Positions 49,872-60,466 are shown, counted from the stretch's first letter. The stretch: 64,000 nt of DNA from Verrucomicrobiota bacterium (GCA_047947115.1 CP170459.1:5312001-5376000); one strand, 5' to 3'. Notes: generated by a model from the letters alone, not told the origin. Made by a program: numbers and translations.

Positions 49872-50495
49872 ATGTCATCCGTCAATGACCAGATCGTCCG
49901 GGAATTTTTCGAAATCCAGGGCTTTCTGGTCCGGCAGATCCGCAAGCATGTTTCCCCCATGCCGGATGAGGTGGAGGAATCTGATTTCTGGATCTGGCAT
50001 CCGGGGCATGCATCAGGCGGTCAAAGAACCGCCAAAAGCGGGCTCAGCCAACCGCTCGATGCCATCACCAATGCCTTTGTTTTCGTCAAGCCGTGGCATA
50101 CCGAAACATTTACGACGGGCGTCATCGAAAATGACGAAGACCTGACCAAACGATTATCCAGCACTTTGGAAGCAAATGATGCGGAAACGAAATCCTGGCT
50201 CCAGCATGATCCACACAAAATCCTGATTGTCTCCAACCTTCCCAAGGCCAATGCCGCCCGTGAAAAATCGATGGCATTGATCAAGGAAAAGGGCTTTGAT
50301 GTGGTGCTGACGTTCAATCAGATCCTCTCCAAGTTACTGGACCAAGTGGAGCGCAACCGCAATTATCAGCGATCTGATCTACTGCAAACCCTGCGACTCC
50401 TGAAGAACTACGGACTGGTCCGGCCGCTCCAATTGGAGTTGTTCGAACGCACCAAGCCCCACAAGAAACGAAAAAGAAACACTCCTGATTCATGA
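49872..50495 (+). CDS. Conserved hypothetical protein (possibly a degenerate restriction-endonuclease-like fold)
   Basis: 207-aa ORF directly after aroB, with IVREFFEIQGFLV and FVKPWHT. Confidence 0.7.
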   Translation: MSSVNDQIVREFFEIQGFLVRQIRKHVSPMPDEVEESDFWIWHPGHASGGQRTAKSGLSQPLDAITNAFVFVKPWHTETFTTGVIENDEDLTKRLSSTLEANDAETKSWLQHDPHKILIVSNLPKANAAREKSMALIKEKGFDVVLTFNQILSKLLDQVERNRNYQRSDLLQTLRLLKNYGLVRPLQLELFERTKPHKKRKRNTPDS

Positions 50496-50600
50496 TTTCG
50501 AATCATTGTTGAGGAATGTTAAAGAGCAAATATATCAGATTGGGAAAGACGCTATCTGCGGACACTCAATTCATGATCCCCTGCCCCCAAGGGGCACATA

Positions 50601-51584
50601 TCATTCCATCGGATACTTCAAACCCCACTGCTGGCGGATGCGATCCATGGTTTGAATCAATCGGATGCTCTCCAAGTGAGGCATCACGGAACTTTCCAAC
50701 TTTCCAGCCAGCAAACATTCGCCCACTTCCTGGGCTTCGAACTGGTATCCGTTGCTTTCGTAGGGGCATTGAACAGACTCGGGCTCTTTACCATCCAAAA
50801 AGACATCCATGTGACTGGCTTTCCAGAATTGCCGGGAAAGGTGAATCCGTCCCTTTTCTCCGTATATCCAGGCCGATTGGGAAGTTTGGGTTCGGACCGC
50901 CGAGGACAAAACACTCAACTGACCTCTGGCATGTTTCAAAATGTAAGCCGACTGTTCGTCCACTCCAGTCTCTCCAAGAGTGGGCAAACTCACAATTTCG
51001 GTGGGTGCGCCAAGAATCATGCCACTGAATTCAATCGGATAAATACCGACATCCAGCAAAGCTCCTCCCGCCAGATCAGGATTGAAGAGTCTTTTTTTCG
51101 GATCAACATCCACTCGAAACCCAAAATCTGCCTGGATCATGCGAACCTCACCAATGACGCCTTCGGCGAGTCGCTGCCTCAATTCACGGATCAATGGAAT
51201 GAAGCGCATCCACATGGCTTCCATCAGGAACAGTCCTTTTTCCTGGGCTTTTGCGATCATCGTCCGCACTTGAGTTTCATTGACCGCAAAGGGTTTTTCA
51301 CAAAGGACATGTTTGCCGCCCTCCAGACAAAGCAGAGTATTATCGCAATGCGAGGTGTGTGGCGTGGCAATGTAAACCGCATCCACATCCGGATCGGAGG
51401 CAAGGGCTTCATAGGTTCCGAGTGCTTTCCCAACACCATATTTGGAGGCAAAAGCATCCGCTGTGGTTTGGTTTCTGGAAGCGACTACCGTCAAATCGGC
51501 ATCTTGCAGGTGTCGCAGACCTTCGGCAAACTCACCGGCGATACGGCCGGTTCCCAGGATTCCCCATCGAATTCTTGTGGACAT
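50601..51584 (-). CDS. Gfo/Idh/MocA oxidoreductase (dihydrodiol dehydrogenase-like)
   Basis: GILGTGRIA, YIATPH, LCEKP and GGALLDVGIY motifs. Confidence 0.93.
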   Translation of the reverse strand: MSTRIRWGILGTGRIAGEFAEGLRHLQDADLTVVASRNQTTADAFASKYGVGKALGTYEALASDPDVDAVYIATPHTSHCDNTLLCLEGGKHVLCEKPFAVNETQVRTMIAKAQEKGLFLMEAMWMRFIPLIRELRQRLAEGVIGEVRMIQADFGFRVDVDPKKRLFNPDLAGGALLDVGIYPIEFSGMILGAPTEIVSLPTLGETGVDEQSAYILKHARGQLSVLSSAVRTQTSQSAWIYGEKGRIHLSRQFWKASHMDVFLDGKEPESVQCPYESNGYQFEAQEVGECLLAGKLESSVMPHLESIRLIQTMDRIRQQWGLKYPME

Positions 51585-51689
51585 ACGCTTAGTTCGAATA
51601 CATGTTTGGCATCAATGTGTCATTTAACATTCAAAGTGCTTCCACTAAAAGGAATTCACCGCAAGGAATCAACGTGAAAACAGGATAAG

Positions 51690-52628
51690 GTGGCTTTTGT
51701 GGAAGAAGAACAACCCAATGCACAGTGGTGCATCATCCCCACGAAACATCGTAATCAGGCGATGGACTGGAGTTTGGTGCTGACCAGCCAGAAAATTGCG
51801 ACGGAAATCCTGGCATTTCCGGAGGGGAAGGCCCCTTACGGCCTGAAGGTTCAGCACTCGGACCTGGTCCGGGCTCAGGACGCCATCCGGCGCTTCCAGC
51901 ACGAAAACGTCTCCTCCCCCTGGCACAAACAATTGCCCGCAAGCGGATTCAGTTTCAATTGGGCATGCTTACTCTGGTGTCTCGTGCTCTGCATCTTCGC
52001 ATGGCTGGGATGGACCGCCCGTCCCGAGATTCAACTGGCCGGCATCATGAAAAGCAGGGAAGTCATCGAAGGCAACGCCTGGTGGCAGACGGTCACTGCG
52101 GTCATGTTACACGCTGATATCGGTCACCTGGCATCAAATGTTTCGTCCGGATTCCTTCTTCTGGGTTTGGCCATGGGACGTTTTGGTGCAGGTCCCGCAC
52201 TTCTGGCAGCCTTCTTATGTGGCGTCTGGGGTAATTTTTTCGGTTTATGGATCCATGAAACACCTTACCGAGGGCTGGGAGCTTCCGGCATGATGATGGG
52301 CGCATTGGGAATGCTCGGCCCCCATTCCATTCAGCTCCTCAAAAAGCATCCACAAGCAGGACGCATCATTGTGGGAGGCATCCTTGCGGTCACCATGCTT
52401 TTTGCACTTTGGGGTTTGTCACCAAGCAGTGACGTGGCCGCTCATCTGGGCGGATTCATCAGCGGGCTCGGCATGGGAGCACTCCTGGGACTCATACCGG
52501 AAAAGCAACTCCAAGCCTGGAGATTGAACATGCTTTGCAGCTTGTTGCTAACCTTTCTGCTCGTCTGGGCATGGAGAATGGCTTTGACTGGTGGGCGACC
52601 ATTCGATTGGAGAGCGATCGGGTGGTAG
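51690..52628 (+). CDS. Rhomboid intramembrane serine protease
   Basis: HADIGHLASN, GASG and AHLGG motifs. Confidence 0.9.
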   Translation: MAFVEEEQPNAQWCIIPTKHRNQAMDWSLVLTSQKIATEILAFPEGKAPYGLKVQHSDLVRAQDAIRRFQHENVSSPWHKQLPASGFSFNWACLLWCLVLCIFAWLGWTARPEIQLAGIMKSREVIEGNAWWQTVTAVMLHADIGHLASNVSSGFLLLGLAMGRFGAGPALLAAFLCGVWGNFFGLWIHETPYRGLGASGMMMGALGMLGPHSIQLLKKHPQAGRIIVGGILAVTMLFALWGLSPSSDVAAHLGGFISGLGMGALLGLIPEKQLQAWRLNMLCSLLLTFLLVWAWRMALTGGRPFDWRAIGW

Positions 52629-52638
52629 GGATGAGTTG

Positions 52639-52901
52639 AGACGCGTTGCGTCGGCAGGGATGTCCGCGATACATCGGGACTGCGCGTCCGGTGGCGCGTC
52701 CGCATGACGCATCAGGTATGCTTACACTTCCAACGCGATCGCGGCCCCGCGGCAGCGGGACCCTACCCATCAAGACGCTTTGCGTCGGTAGGGATGTCCG
52801 CGATACATCGGGACTGCGCGTCCGGGGGCGCGTCCGCATGACGCATCAGGTATGCTTATACTTCCAACGCGATCGCGGCCCCGCGGCAGCGGGGCCCTAC
52901 C
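52639..52901. repeat. Two tandem ~129-bp REP-like units (period 134)
   Basis: 52639-52767 and 52773-52901 are nearly identical. Each runs G(C/T)AGGG...CCCTACC with GC-rich hairpins. Confidence 0.85.
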
Positions 52902-52910
52902 GGTAGGATC

Positions 52911-55601
52911 CTAGCGGTCGTCTTCCGCCAGTTCCGTTACCTGAAAGAACTGTTCTTTGAAGGCATCCACCTTGAGGATCCATTCGGAATTGGTGGAGTG
53001 ACTGGTGATGACGGTTAATGGCTGGAGCGTTGCCGTGCTGGTGGCAACTGTGCGCACTTCATACTGTTTGCCTGGCCTAGACGGCCAACTCAGGCGCAAA
53101 TGTTCTTCGTCCAGATAATCCAAGGCCACTTCGAGATGAAAATCCGATTCAAGAGGATGGGTTCCCAACAACTGTTCGCGCGCGTTTTGTGAACCATCTT
53201 CATCCGGATCATCCAACGCGGTGGCATCCAGATTACCAAAGTGGGATTGCTCCCATCCGTCATCCAATCCATCATCATCACTGTCATTGATCTCAGTCCC
53301 CAAAATGGTCAGTCTCATAGAACGGATGGCACCTGTGTCGGGTTCATCCTGATCAGTAATGTAAACCTTCCAGATTCCGGCAGTCGGTTCGTAAAAATGC
53401 CGCGTGGTGCGATATGCCCATCGCAGAGGACCGCTGGATTGATCGAAATTCAAACGCTGCAGCACGCTCCGCGTTCCACTGGGCGATTCCAGCACAATAC
53501 GCAACTGACCTCTGCTGGTATGATCAGAATCCACTATCAATTCCACATGTTCACAACTAAAAGTGTCCTTCACCTCAATTTCATAGAGCGCGAAATTCAT
53601 TTCCAACTGCATGCGCACGCTTGGATCGTTCTCCACCAGTTCAGAAAGGGGTTCTCCGTGTTCACGAGAGATGAAAAAAGCCGGCAAAGGGGTGTAATCA
53701 GTCCCGGCCATGCGAATGAGTTCATCCTCGAGTTGATGGTTGTATATCACGACAAACTGAGCGCCGGCATTGGCCGCGTTGCGAATTTTTTCATCAAACG
53801 TTGTGGTGCCTCGTCGAACAAGAGCCCCTTTTCCGGTCAAATCATCGGCAATGGGATCGATCGCTCTGTTTTGAAAGCTCATCTCAAGGAAACCTGTCGG
53901 AACATCCGGCTGAATCCCCATGGTGGTGGACGCTGGAACGTCTTTGAGATCATCAGGAACAGTATCACCGATCACCTTGAGGCGTAGTCCGTGATTGGGT
54001 ATGTCCTTCCTTAGCTGCGTGGTGATGCTCGAAATTTCCAATGGCCCTCTGGGCACCCATGTCCGGGCCAATCTCACGACTTCAGCGGCGTCGGGTATGC
54101 CAAAACCAACGTTATGGCTGTGCCGAAACCCTGCCGCATTTGTCACCAAATCCGGATCCTCTTCGAACACATGACGTGCAGATGCCAAAAGGATCTGCTG
54201 CACATCACGGGCAGACAGGTCCGGATTGACTGACAATGCCAACCCTGCCAACCCCGAAATCAGCGGAGCCGCCGCACTCGTGCCAATGAAACCCCGTTCG
54301 TTCGGAATGTAATCCCCCCCAAACGCTCCCTCATCCTGATTAAACCCTCGGCTGCCCAAAACATCTGTCGTGAACAATCCATCATCCAGCTCGCCGCCCG
54401 GTGCGGCCACAAGCAGGGCGGCACCCCAGTTTGAATAAGTGGTGGCCCGCCCGGTGCGATCAACGGCGGCAACAGCAATCGCGGTGTGCATGGAGGTGTA
54501 TCCGTCATCGTTGACATCGCCCAACCCCGGGTGAAGACTGCCGCTGTTGCGATCATTCCCCCCGGCGCGGACCATCACGATTCCCTTTCCGGAACGTCCA
54601 TGATGAAAAGCGTTGGAGATGGATAACCGTTCCAAAAACGAAGGGCCTTCCTGCTCGGGAAACGCATTGCCCCAACTATGGTTCTGCACTGGCACAGCTT
54701 CGTTATCTGTTTCATACATTTCGGAAAGCTGCAGCGAATCAGCAATACTCCCGCCTAATCCAAAGATGACCCAACTGGAAAGTTCAGCTCCGGGAGCCAC
54801 ACCTGTAATACCTACCTGATTGCCAGCAGCAGCACCGATCAGACCTGCCACGGCGGTTCCGTGAAACAAGGATCCGGTCATTGGATTGCCGTCGCGGCTG
54901 CCGTTGATGAAGTTATGATTGAAATCAGCGTTGATCTGACCGGAAAGATCGGGATGATTCAAATCCACTCCGGTGTCCACCACCGCCAGCCGGACACCTT
55001 CGCCCTGACTCATCGGCCAGGCACCACGGACATTCAAATCCACTCCGGAAAGCTGTAACGTGACCGAATCTCTTTGCTCCAAATGCCATTGACGTTCGTA
55101 ATATGGATCATCCGGCTTTGCAGCAAACTGAGAGCGTGTCTGAAACGGTTTTTTCTCAACCGGGTAACATGCCAGAACATCCGGGTCATGACGCATATTG
55201 GATGCCGCAGCCAGGGCCTGAATGGGAGTGTCAGCTTGCAAAACAAAAACCCCTTGATGCCGTGTGGGTTGAAGGACATCCAACCCATAACGCTCCACCA
55301 CCCCTTCCAGTGAAGCCTCACCCTGCAAGTGAAGAATCAATCTTCGATCCATTTCGATGCTCGAAAGCTGCTCCGGGTGACGCCTTATCTGCAAAGTATC
55401 CGATTCTTTCCTCAAGGAAGGCGTCAGAAGCCCGGCGCTTGCATCCACCCAATAAATGGTTGGTTCAGGTGTATTTAGCTCAAATGAATCCCATACGTTT
55501 TGTGCCAGCGCGCTCGTGGGGATGCTGATCTGCATCACCCAAAAGGCCAGGCAGGAGGCTGTTTGCATCCTGAAATAAAATTGTGCTCGTTGTTTTTCCA
55601 T
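52911..55601 (-). CDS. Secreted S8 (kexin/furin-like) serine protease with P-domain, PA domain, Asp-rich repeats and a C-terminal domain
   Basis: VVDTG, HGTAVAG, NHSWG, AGGN and GTSAAAP; SHNVGFG; PA motif RRGTTTFDEK; P-domain EHVEL...RGQLRIVLESPSGT. The start is uncertain. Confidence 0.9.
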   Translation of the reverse strand: MEKQRAQFYFRMQTASCLAFWVMQISIPTSALAQNVWDSFELNTPEPTIYWVDASAGLLTPSLRKESDTLQIRRHPEQLSSIEMDRRLILHLQGEASLEGVVERYGLDVLQPTRHQGVFVLQADTPIQALAAASNMRHDPDVLACYPVEKKPFQTRSQFAAKPDDPYYERQWHLEQRDSVTLQLSGVDLNVRGAWPMSQGEGVRLAVVDTGVDLNHPDLSGQINADFNHNFINGSRDGNPMTGSLFHGTAVAGLIGAAAGNQVGITGVAPGAELSSWVIFGLGGSIADSLQLSEMYETDNEAVPVQNHSWGNAFPEQEGPSFLERLSISNAFHHGRSGKGIVMVRAGGNDRNSGSLHPGLGDVNDDGYTSMHTAIAVAAVDRTGRATTYSNWGAALLVAAPGGELDDGLFTTDVLGSRGFNQDEGAFGGDYIPNERGFIGTSAAAPLISGLAGLALSVNPDLSARDVQQILLASARHVFEEDPDLVTNAAGFRHSHNVGFGIPDAAEVVRLARTWVPRGPLEISSITTQLRKDIPNHGLRLKVIGDTVPDDLKDVPASTTMGIQPDVPTGFLEMSFQNRAIDPIADDLTGKGALVRRGTTTFDEKIRNAANAGAQFVVIYNHQLEDELIRMAGTDYTPLPAFFISREHGEPLSELVENDPSVRMQLEMNFALYEIEVKDTFSCEHVELIVDSDHTSRGQLRIVLESPSGTRSVLQRLNFDQSSGPLRWAYRTTRHFYEPTAGIWKVYITDQDEPDTGAIRSMRLTILGTEINDSDDDGLDDGWEQSHFGNLDATALDDPDEDGSQNAREQLLGTHPLESDFHLEVALDYLDEEHLRLSWPSRPGKQYEVRTVATSTATLQPLTVITSHSTNSEWILKVDAFKEQFFQVTELAEDDR

Positions 55602-56027
55602 GCCAATCACCATGTCATCATTGATCCCTGCGCTGACGCAGCAATTATCGTGCAAACTTAAAACCGCGCCAGAAGGAGCAAATTACACCAAAAAATCGAT
55701 TTATCCATCGTTTTGTCCCTCAAACAGTCTCCCGCATCCAATCATCACCTCAAAAAAAGATCGATCGGAAGGCGTTCTCTCAACAACGCGACCTTCGGAG
55801 GGGAGCCAGGAAAAATGGCAGATTTTTAATAAAACACATGATATAAGAGCTTTTTTAATGCTTATTTCTAAAAGTATTTGCGCATGAGGGCTCGCTGATG
55901 CTTCTTATTCTCATGCCCGCTGCGCTAGAGACGCAGTGACGCAGAGTTTTTTCTGAAATGACTTTTGGCAAGCTTTGTATATACGAATTCCACGGTGACC
56001 AATCTTGTTTGGAACGGTTAAAAGTAG

Positions 56028-56384
56028 ATGGAATCGATCATATCCCGAACCTTTCCAGCCAATATTGAGGTGGTCACGGATTACTCTCGAGATTTGAAGG
56101 CAACCAACGGGACGGATGCCATCGTGCAGGCCACGGATTATCGGGCCGACATGTATGCCATCATCACAGACTTCCACATGCCCCATATCGGAGGGCTCGT
56201 CTTTTTAAGGTTGCTTCGACAGATGCTTCCCGAAACACCCTTGATCGTCACCAGCGGAAATCTTGAAAAGGATGATTTGAGTGAACTCAAAAACCTGAAC
56301 ATCTCTTCAGTCATCGAAAAACCCTTCAACAGAGAAGCATTGGTGGGGAGCCTTGCCAACATCGACGTCATTCAATCCTGGTGA
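56028..56384 (+). pseudogene. Remnant of a hybrid histidine kinase / receiver domain
   Basis: The receiver core ITDFHMP, IVTSG and EKPF is present, but the N-terminal acidic strand is missing. The N-terminus ESIISRTFPANIEV resembles a kinase linker. In-frame stops lie directly upstream. Confidence 0.6.
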
Positions 56385-56408
56385 ACCTGTCCAGGAAGAT
56401 TTGATTCA

Positions 56409-57617
56409 CTACAATACCGGCGGTGTGCCGATTTTCCACAAGGTCTGGTCGCTACGAATGAACAGTGCACCATGCGCGATGGAAGGAGTTCCCAGCACAG
56501 TCTGGCCAAGATCAAGTGTGGAAACCACTTCGCCTTCTTGAGCCGCTACATCCACCACCTGGAGAAGCCCAGCCTCGTTGACCCAATATTGAAACGTTCC
56601 AAACCCAACCGCGGATGCACTGAAAGGCCCCTTGAGGCGCAATTGCCATTCGCGCTTTCCCCCATCCAGACTGCCACGAGTCAAAACTCCGGCATTGTTC
56701 ACAACAAACACGCCATTGTCCATGACCATGGGGCTCGCGGTCGCCGGGCTCAGAGCGCGGGAACGCCATAACATTGGAATTTCCTCCTGATGTCCGGACA
56801 CATCCAGAGCAGTGATCCCATGAGATGGCGAAAGCAGCGTCGAACCAAACAGCACACTGGAAGGAATGGTTGCAGCCCCGTCCGAATAAGAAGAAATCAG
56901 TGCACCGGTGCGAGCATTCACCACATGTATCCCCTTCCCCGACTGCAAGGCCACTGATGGAACCGCAGCATCATGCAAGGGAACTGGAGAAGTCCAATTG
57001 GCTCCCTTGGGGCGCGCCATTTGCCAAAGATTCTTTCCGTCTGCCAACCTCACCCCCAATACAAGGGACTGACTGTCATTCTCTACCTGGGTGATCAACA
57101 CACCATCCACAATGACCGGACTGCTGGCCATGCCCAGACTGTTGGAAACATTGGGATAATCGACCGTAATACCTCGCAACCATTCCAGATTTCCATCCAG
57201 ATCCAGGCAAACGAGGTCATTGGATGAATAGAGAGCCACCACGTGCTGCCCATCCGAGACCGGAGTGGGCGCAGCCACACAGGTTTTCTCATGACACATG
57301 GTTCGCCCGGTAGCCCAGAAAGTTCGTTTCCAAAGTTGCTGACCGGAGCGGACATCAAAACAGAGAACGAGCAGTCGCTCCTGTTCACTGCCTTCAGCGG
57401 CTGTCACAAAAATTTTATCCCCAACAATGATCGGGCTGGACAAACCCCTTCCGGGAAGAGCGGCTTTCCAAAGGATATGACCGGCCCCCAATTCGGTGGG
57501 CAAATTCTCTTCGGTGGTCAATCCCGTTGAAGCCGGACCGCGAAATTGTTTCCAATCGTCAGATAACAAAGTCGTCGCATAGAGCAAACAAAGGATGAGC
57601 AATCTATTTGAACGCAT
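56409..57617 (-). CDS. Secreted PQQ-like (BamB-type) beta-propeller protein
   Basis: DWKQFRGP motif and SSP/TSP repeats. Confidence 0.85.
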   Translation of the reverse strand: MRSNRLLILCLLYATTLLSDDWKQFRGPASTGLTTEENLPTELGAGHILWKAALPGRGLSSPIIVGDKIFVTAAEGSEQERLLVLCFDVRSGQQLWKRTFWATGRTMCHEKTCVAAPTPVSDGQHVVALYSSNDLVCLDLDGNLEWLRGITVDYPNVSNSLGMASSPVIVDGVLITQVENDSQSLVLGVRLADGKNLWQMARPKGANWTSPVPLHDAAVPSVALQSGKGIHVVNARTGALISSYSDGAATIPSSVLFGSTLLSPSHGITALDVSGHQEEIPMLWRSRALSPATASPMVMDNGVFVVNNAGVLTRGSLDGGKREWQLRLKGPFSASAVGFGTFQYWVNEAGLLQVVDVAAQEGEVVSTLDLGQTVLGTPSIAHGALFIRSDQTLWKIGTPPVL

Positions 57618-57676
57618 TGGGGAATTCTAAAGAAAACCATGAACGAATCAACGTTAAGTTCCGAGGCCATCAAGAT

Positions 57677-57707
57677 AAAAAAGGCGCGACTGACCCGTCG
57701 CGCCTTT
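57677..57707 (-). terminator. Rho-independent terminator of the HAO-like operon
   Basis: GGCGCGAC / GTCGCGCC stem with a minus-strand T-run. Confidence 0.8.
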
Positions 57708-57755
57708 GCTGGAAGAACACATCCCCCAGGGTAATATCTGCTCAAAAGGGCAAGG

Positions 57756-59198
57756 TTATTGATATCTGGATTTGAATTCCGCTGCCGATTTGGCACGTCG
57801 TTCCTGTTCGGCCGGATCCATCTTATTGAGATACCAGGCGTGATTTTTATTGTTCAATGTCTCATCAAGCAACTTGCCCAGAGCCTCGGCGGCCGCTTTT
57901 CTCTCGGCAACGTCCGAATGCAGATTGTGCTCAACCAGCTCTTTCAGTTCCGGAATATACTCCGTGTAGAAATTACGGGCGATTTCATAGGTACCATGCC
58001 AGTGTGTATAATCCGGCCCCATCATGGAAGCACCATGGCGGGCTCTCCGTCCTTCGTGATGCCAAATTTCAAACCAGACAAAGTCTATTTTATTGCTGAA
58101 CTTGGGCTTGCTCAGCAAGGGTTGAGCGGCGTTGTACAGAGCCAGGCCAGGCTCAGCGAATTTCTCATGATAGAGATCAATAAGACCATCGTATTGCACA
58201 TAAAACCCGTCCACAAAACTTTGGGCATGGCAGTTGATGCAGACATTGTTCATGTTGGCGCGCCTTTCTTCCCAACTGATATCCTTGCCAGGCAAACCCA
58301 TTTTGGCATCCGACACTTCAGGTCGAACGGATATGGCTGGTCGATTGTTCCAAGAAATGCGAAGGCCGATATCGTGAGTCACCGGCTGGTCCGGCGTGGC
58401 GCTCATGTGGCAGGTGGCACAGGTCGGCGCTGCGTTGTAATCCTCCCCCACCACCCATTTGGGACTGTCGAGATTCATCTTATCGATGTTGGCACGATAA
58501 GCGATACCGTGTTTTGATTCGTTGTAGATTTCGATCTGAGGATGATCAGGGCCCATGTGGCATTTACCACAGGTATCGGGAGTTCTTGCCTGAGCGGCTG
58601 AAAACTCGTGCCGTGAATGACAAGCCGAACAAGCTCCTTCGCTGCCGTCCGGGTTGATACGTCCTATACCGGTATTGGGCCAGGTCACGGGGTCCAATTG
58701 CCCCCCTTCCAGAACTTTGACAATGGAACCATGGCACTGCCAACAGCCATTCACGGCGGCAGCAGAATTTCCATGAGGAAAACCGGGGGTGACAAGCCCC
58801 TGATTGCCTTCCACCACTTCGGCCAGGATATTGTCCAACGAACCAAGAATGCGCCCACCTTTGGCATGATGAGATGTGGCAAACTCATGGACCTCTTTTT
58901 CATGGCAACGAGAACAATCTTTCGGCGTCACCAAAATGGAAATCATCTCGCCATAATGCTCAAAAGCATCCTCTTCCCCCTCCTGAGCCATGTGACACTC
59001 AAAACACCCAACGTTGGCCCGGTAATGTTTACTCGAACCCCACTGTTCATAGATGGAGGTGTTATCCACCTTGTGACAAGCCACGCACGTTTGCGATTCC
59101 ACGGACAACTCTTTCAAGGTAAAGGCGCTGAGAGCTGTTGCGTGTGCCATCATGAGGACCGCCACGGTCATCAACCAACATTTCCACTTAGATTTCAT
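57756..59198 (-). CDS. Octaheme cytochrome c, hydroxylamine oxidoreductase (HAO) family
   Basis: Eight CxxCH motifs (CVACH, CFECH, CSRCH, CWQCH, CSACH, CGKCH, CATCH, CINCH), plus GPDHPQIEIYNESKHG and GPDYTHWHG; signal peptide. Confidence 0.9.
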   Translation of the reverse strand: MKSKWKCWLMTVAVLMMAHATALSAFTLKELSVESQTCVACHKVDNTSIYEQWGSSKHYRANVGCFECHMAQEGEEDAFEHYGEMISILVTPKDCSRCHEKEVHEFATSHHAKGGRILGSLDNILAEVVEGNQGLVTPGFPHGNSAAAVNGCWQCHGSIVKVLEGGQLDPVTWPNTGIGRINPDGSEGACSACHSRHEFSAAQARTPDTCGKCHMGPDHPQIEIYNESKHGIAYRANIDKMNLDSPKWVVGEDYNAAPTCATCHMSATPDQPVTHDIGLRISWNNRPAISVRPEVSDAKMGLPGKDISWEERRANMNNVCINCHAQSFVDGFYVQYDGLIDLYHEKFAEPGLALYNAAQPLLSKPKFSNKIDFVWFEIWHHEGRRARHGASMMGPDYTHWHGTYEIARNFYTEYIPELKELVEHNLHSDVAERKAAAEALGKLLDETLNNKNHAWYLNKMDPAEQERRAKSAAEFKSRYQ

Positions 59199-59251
59199 GA
59201 TATGATAGTTATTGTTCAATTTTCTTGGTTCGTGAAAGGTGCGTTTTGGTT

Positions 59252-60466
59252 TCAAGCTCTACCGGCGGATGCGCTCAATTGACCTTTGAGGATCGGAATG
59301 GCCATACGCAGCATCCATGAATATACAAGGGCTCCGAAAGCCCAGATCCCCATGCAAACCAGGGTTTCATTCAAAGTGGGTTGATATTCCACCACCTGCC
59401 CCAAAGGCGTGGGAACAAATCCGGGAATAATGAGACCCATACCTTTTTCAATCCAGATCCCGACAAACAAAAGCAGGCACGCTATGTTCAGCACTCCCAG
59501 TTTTTGACTGATGGGCAGGACCAAAAGGATCATGGCCACCAAGTTCATACTTATGGCCGCCCAAATCCATGGAACCAGCTGATCATGCCCGTGAAGACCC
59601 ATAAATAAATACTGGGCTGAAACGACATGGTAAGTGCCGGAATAAAACTCTGTAAAAACCTCACATCCCAACAAAAAGATATTCACCAACATGGCCACCG
59701 TGATGATTTTTCTGAGCAGGAGTATGGATTCATTACTGATGGTGAAATGAGCCATTTTGCGGATGAATTGAAAGGTAATGATCAATAGGGCCGGTCCAGC
59801 CGCAAACGCGGATGCCAGGAACCGGGGTGCAACGATGGGATGATTCCAGAAGGGCCTTCCAGCCAGGCCCACATATAAGAAGGCGGTGACTGTATGAATA
59901 CTCACAGCCCAGATGATGGCAATAAAAACCACCGGCACATAAAATTTCTTGGTGGGCGGCTTGGCGCGAAATTTGCAGTAAAGCAGATAACCGCATATGT
60001 GCAGATTGAGTATCAGGTATCCATTCAGGACAATCACGTCCCAGGACAACATGGAAATAGGGAAATTCATTTTCCCAAACGGTGGAATCAGGTGCAGAAA
60101 ACGGTCCGGTCTCCCCAGATCGACAGTGACAAACAGAAGGCACATCACAATCACCGCAATGGCCATGAGCTCACCAAAAAGAACCACTTCGTGCATCGCC
60201 TTGTTTTTGTAAACATAAGCGGGAATCACCAACATCACGGCAGCGGCCGCCACCCCGACCAAAAAGGTGAAATTGGCAATGTAAGCTCCCCAACTGACCT
60301 GGTCGGTCAACCCCGTGCTTTCCAGGCCTGCGACAAATTGTTTTGCATAGGCATTCAGTCCAATCAATGACAAGACCGCCAACATGCCCATCCAAAGATA
60401 GTAACCCCAGCCCCCTTGCAAGGAAACCTTCAACGCACGCCACAAAAATAAGAAATAGTCTTTCAT
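59252..60466 (-). CDS. NrfD/PsrC/DsrP-family integral membrane subunit
   Basis: WGAYIANFTFLVG, DLGRPDR and SIHTVTAF motifs; about 10 TMs. Confidence 0.92.
   Translation of the reverse strand: MKDYFLFLWRALKVSLQGGWGYYLWMGMLAVLSLIGLNAYAKQFVAGLESTGLTDQVSWGAYIANFTFLVGVAAAAVMLVIPAYVYKNKAMHEVVLFGELMAIAVIVMCLLFVTVDLGRPDRFLHLIPPFGKMNFPISMLSWDVIVLNGYLILNLHICGYLLYCKFRAKPPTKKFYVPVVFIAIIWAVSIHTVTAFLYVGLAGRPFWNHPIVAPRFLASAFAAGPALLIITFQFIRKMAHFTISNESILLLRKIITVAMLVNIFLLGCEVFTEFYSGTYHVVSAQYLFMGLHGHDQLVPWIWAAISMNLVAMILLVLPISQKLGVLNIACLLLFVGIWIEKGMGLIIPGFVPTPLGQVVEYQPTLNETLVCMGIWAFGALVYSWMLRMAIPILKGQLSASAGRA

Noticed and set aside
50652..51677. 341-aa plus-strand ORF
   Set aside because: It is antisense to a clear Gfo/Idh/MocA gene and has no motifs. 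The same applies to 62492-63517 opposite larA and to the alternative-frame ORF 369-1208.
52639..52901. Possible CRISPR array or small ORFs (52442-52906)
   Set aside because: Only two long near-identical units are present; the ORFs are translations of the repeat.
57756..59198. Evidence for nitrification or anammox (hao/hdh)
   Set aside because: The C-terminal motif resembles reductive HAO-family members, and no amo, cycA/cycB or hzs genes are in the window.
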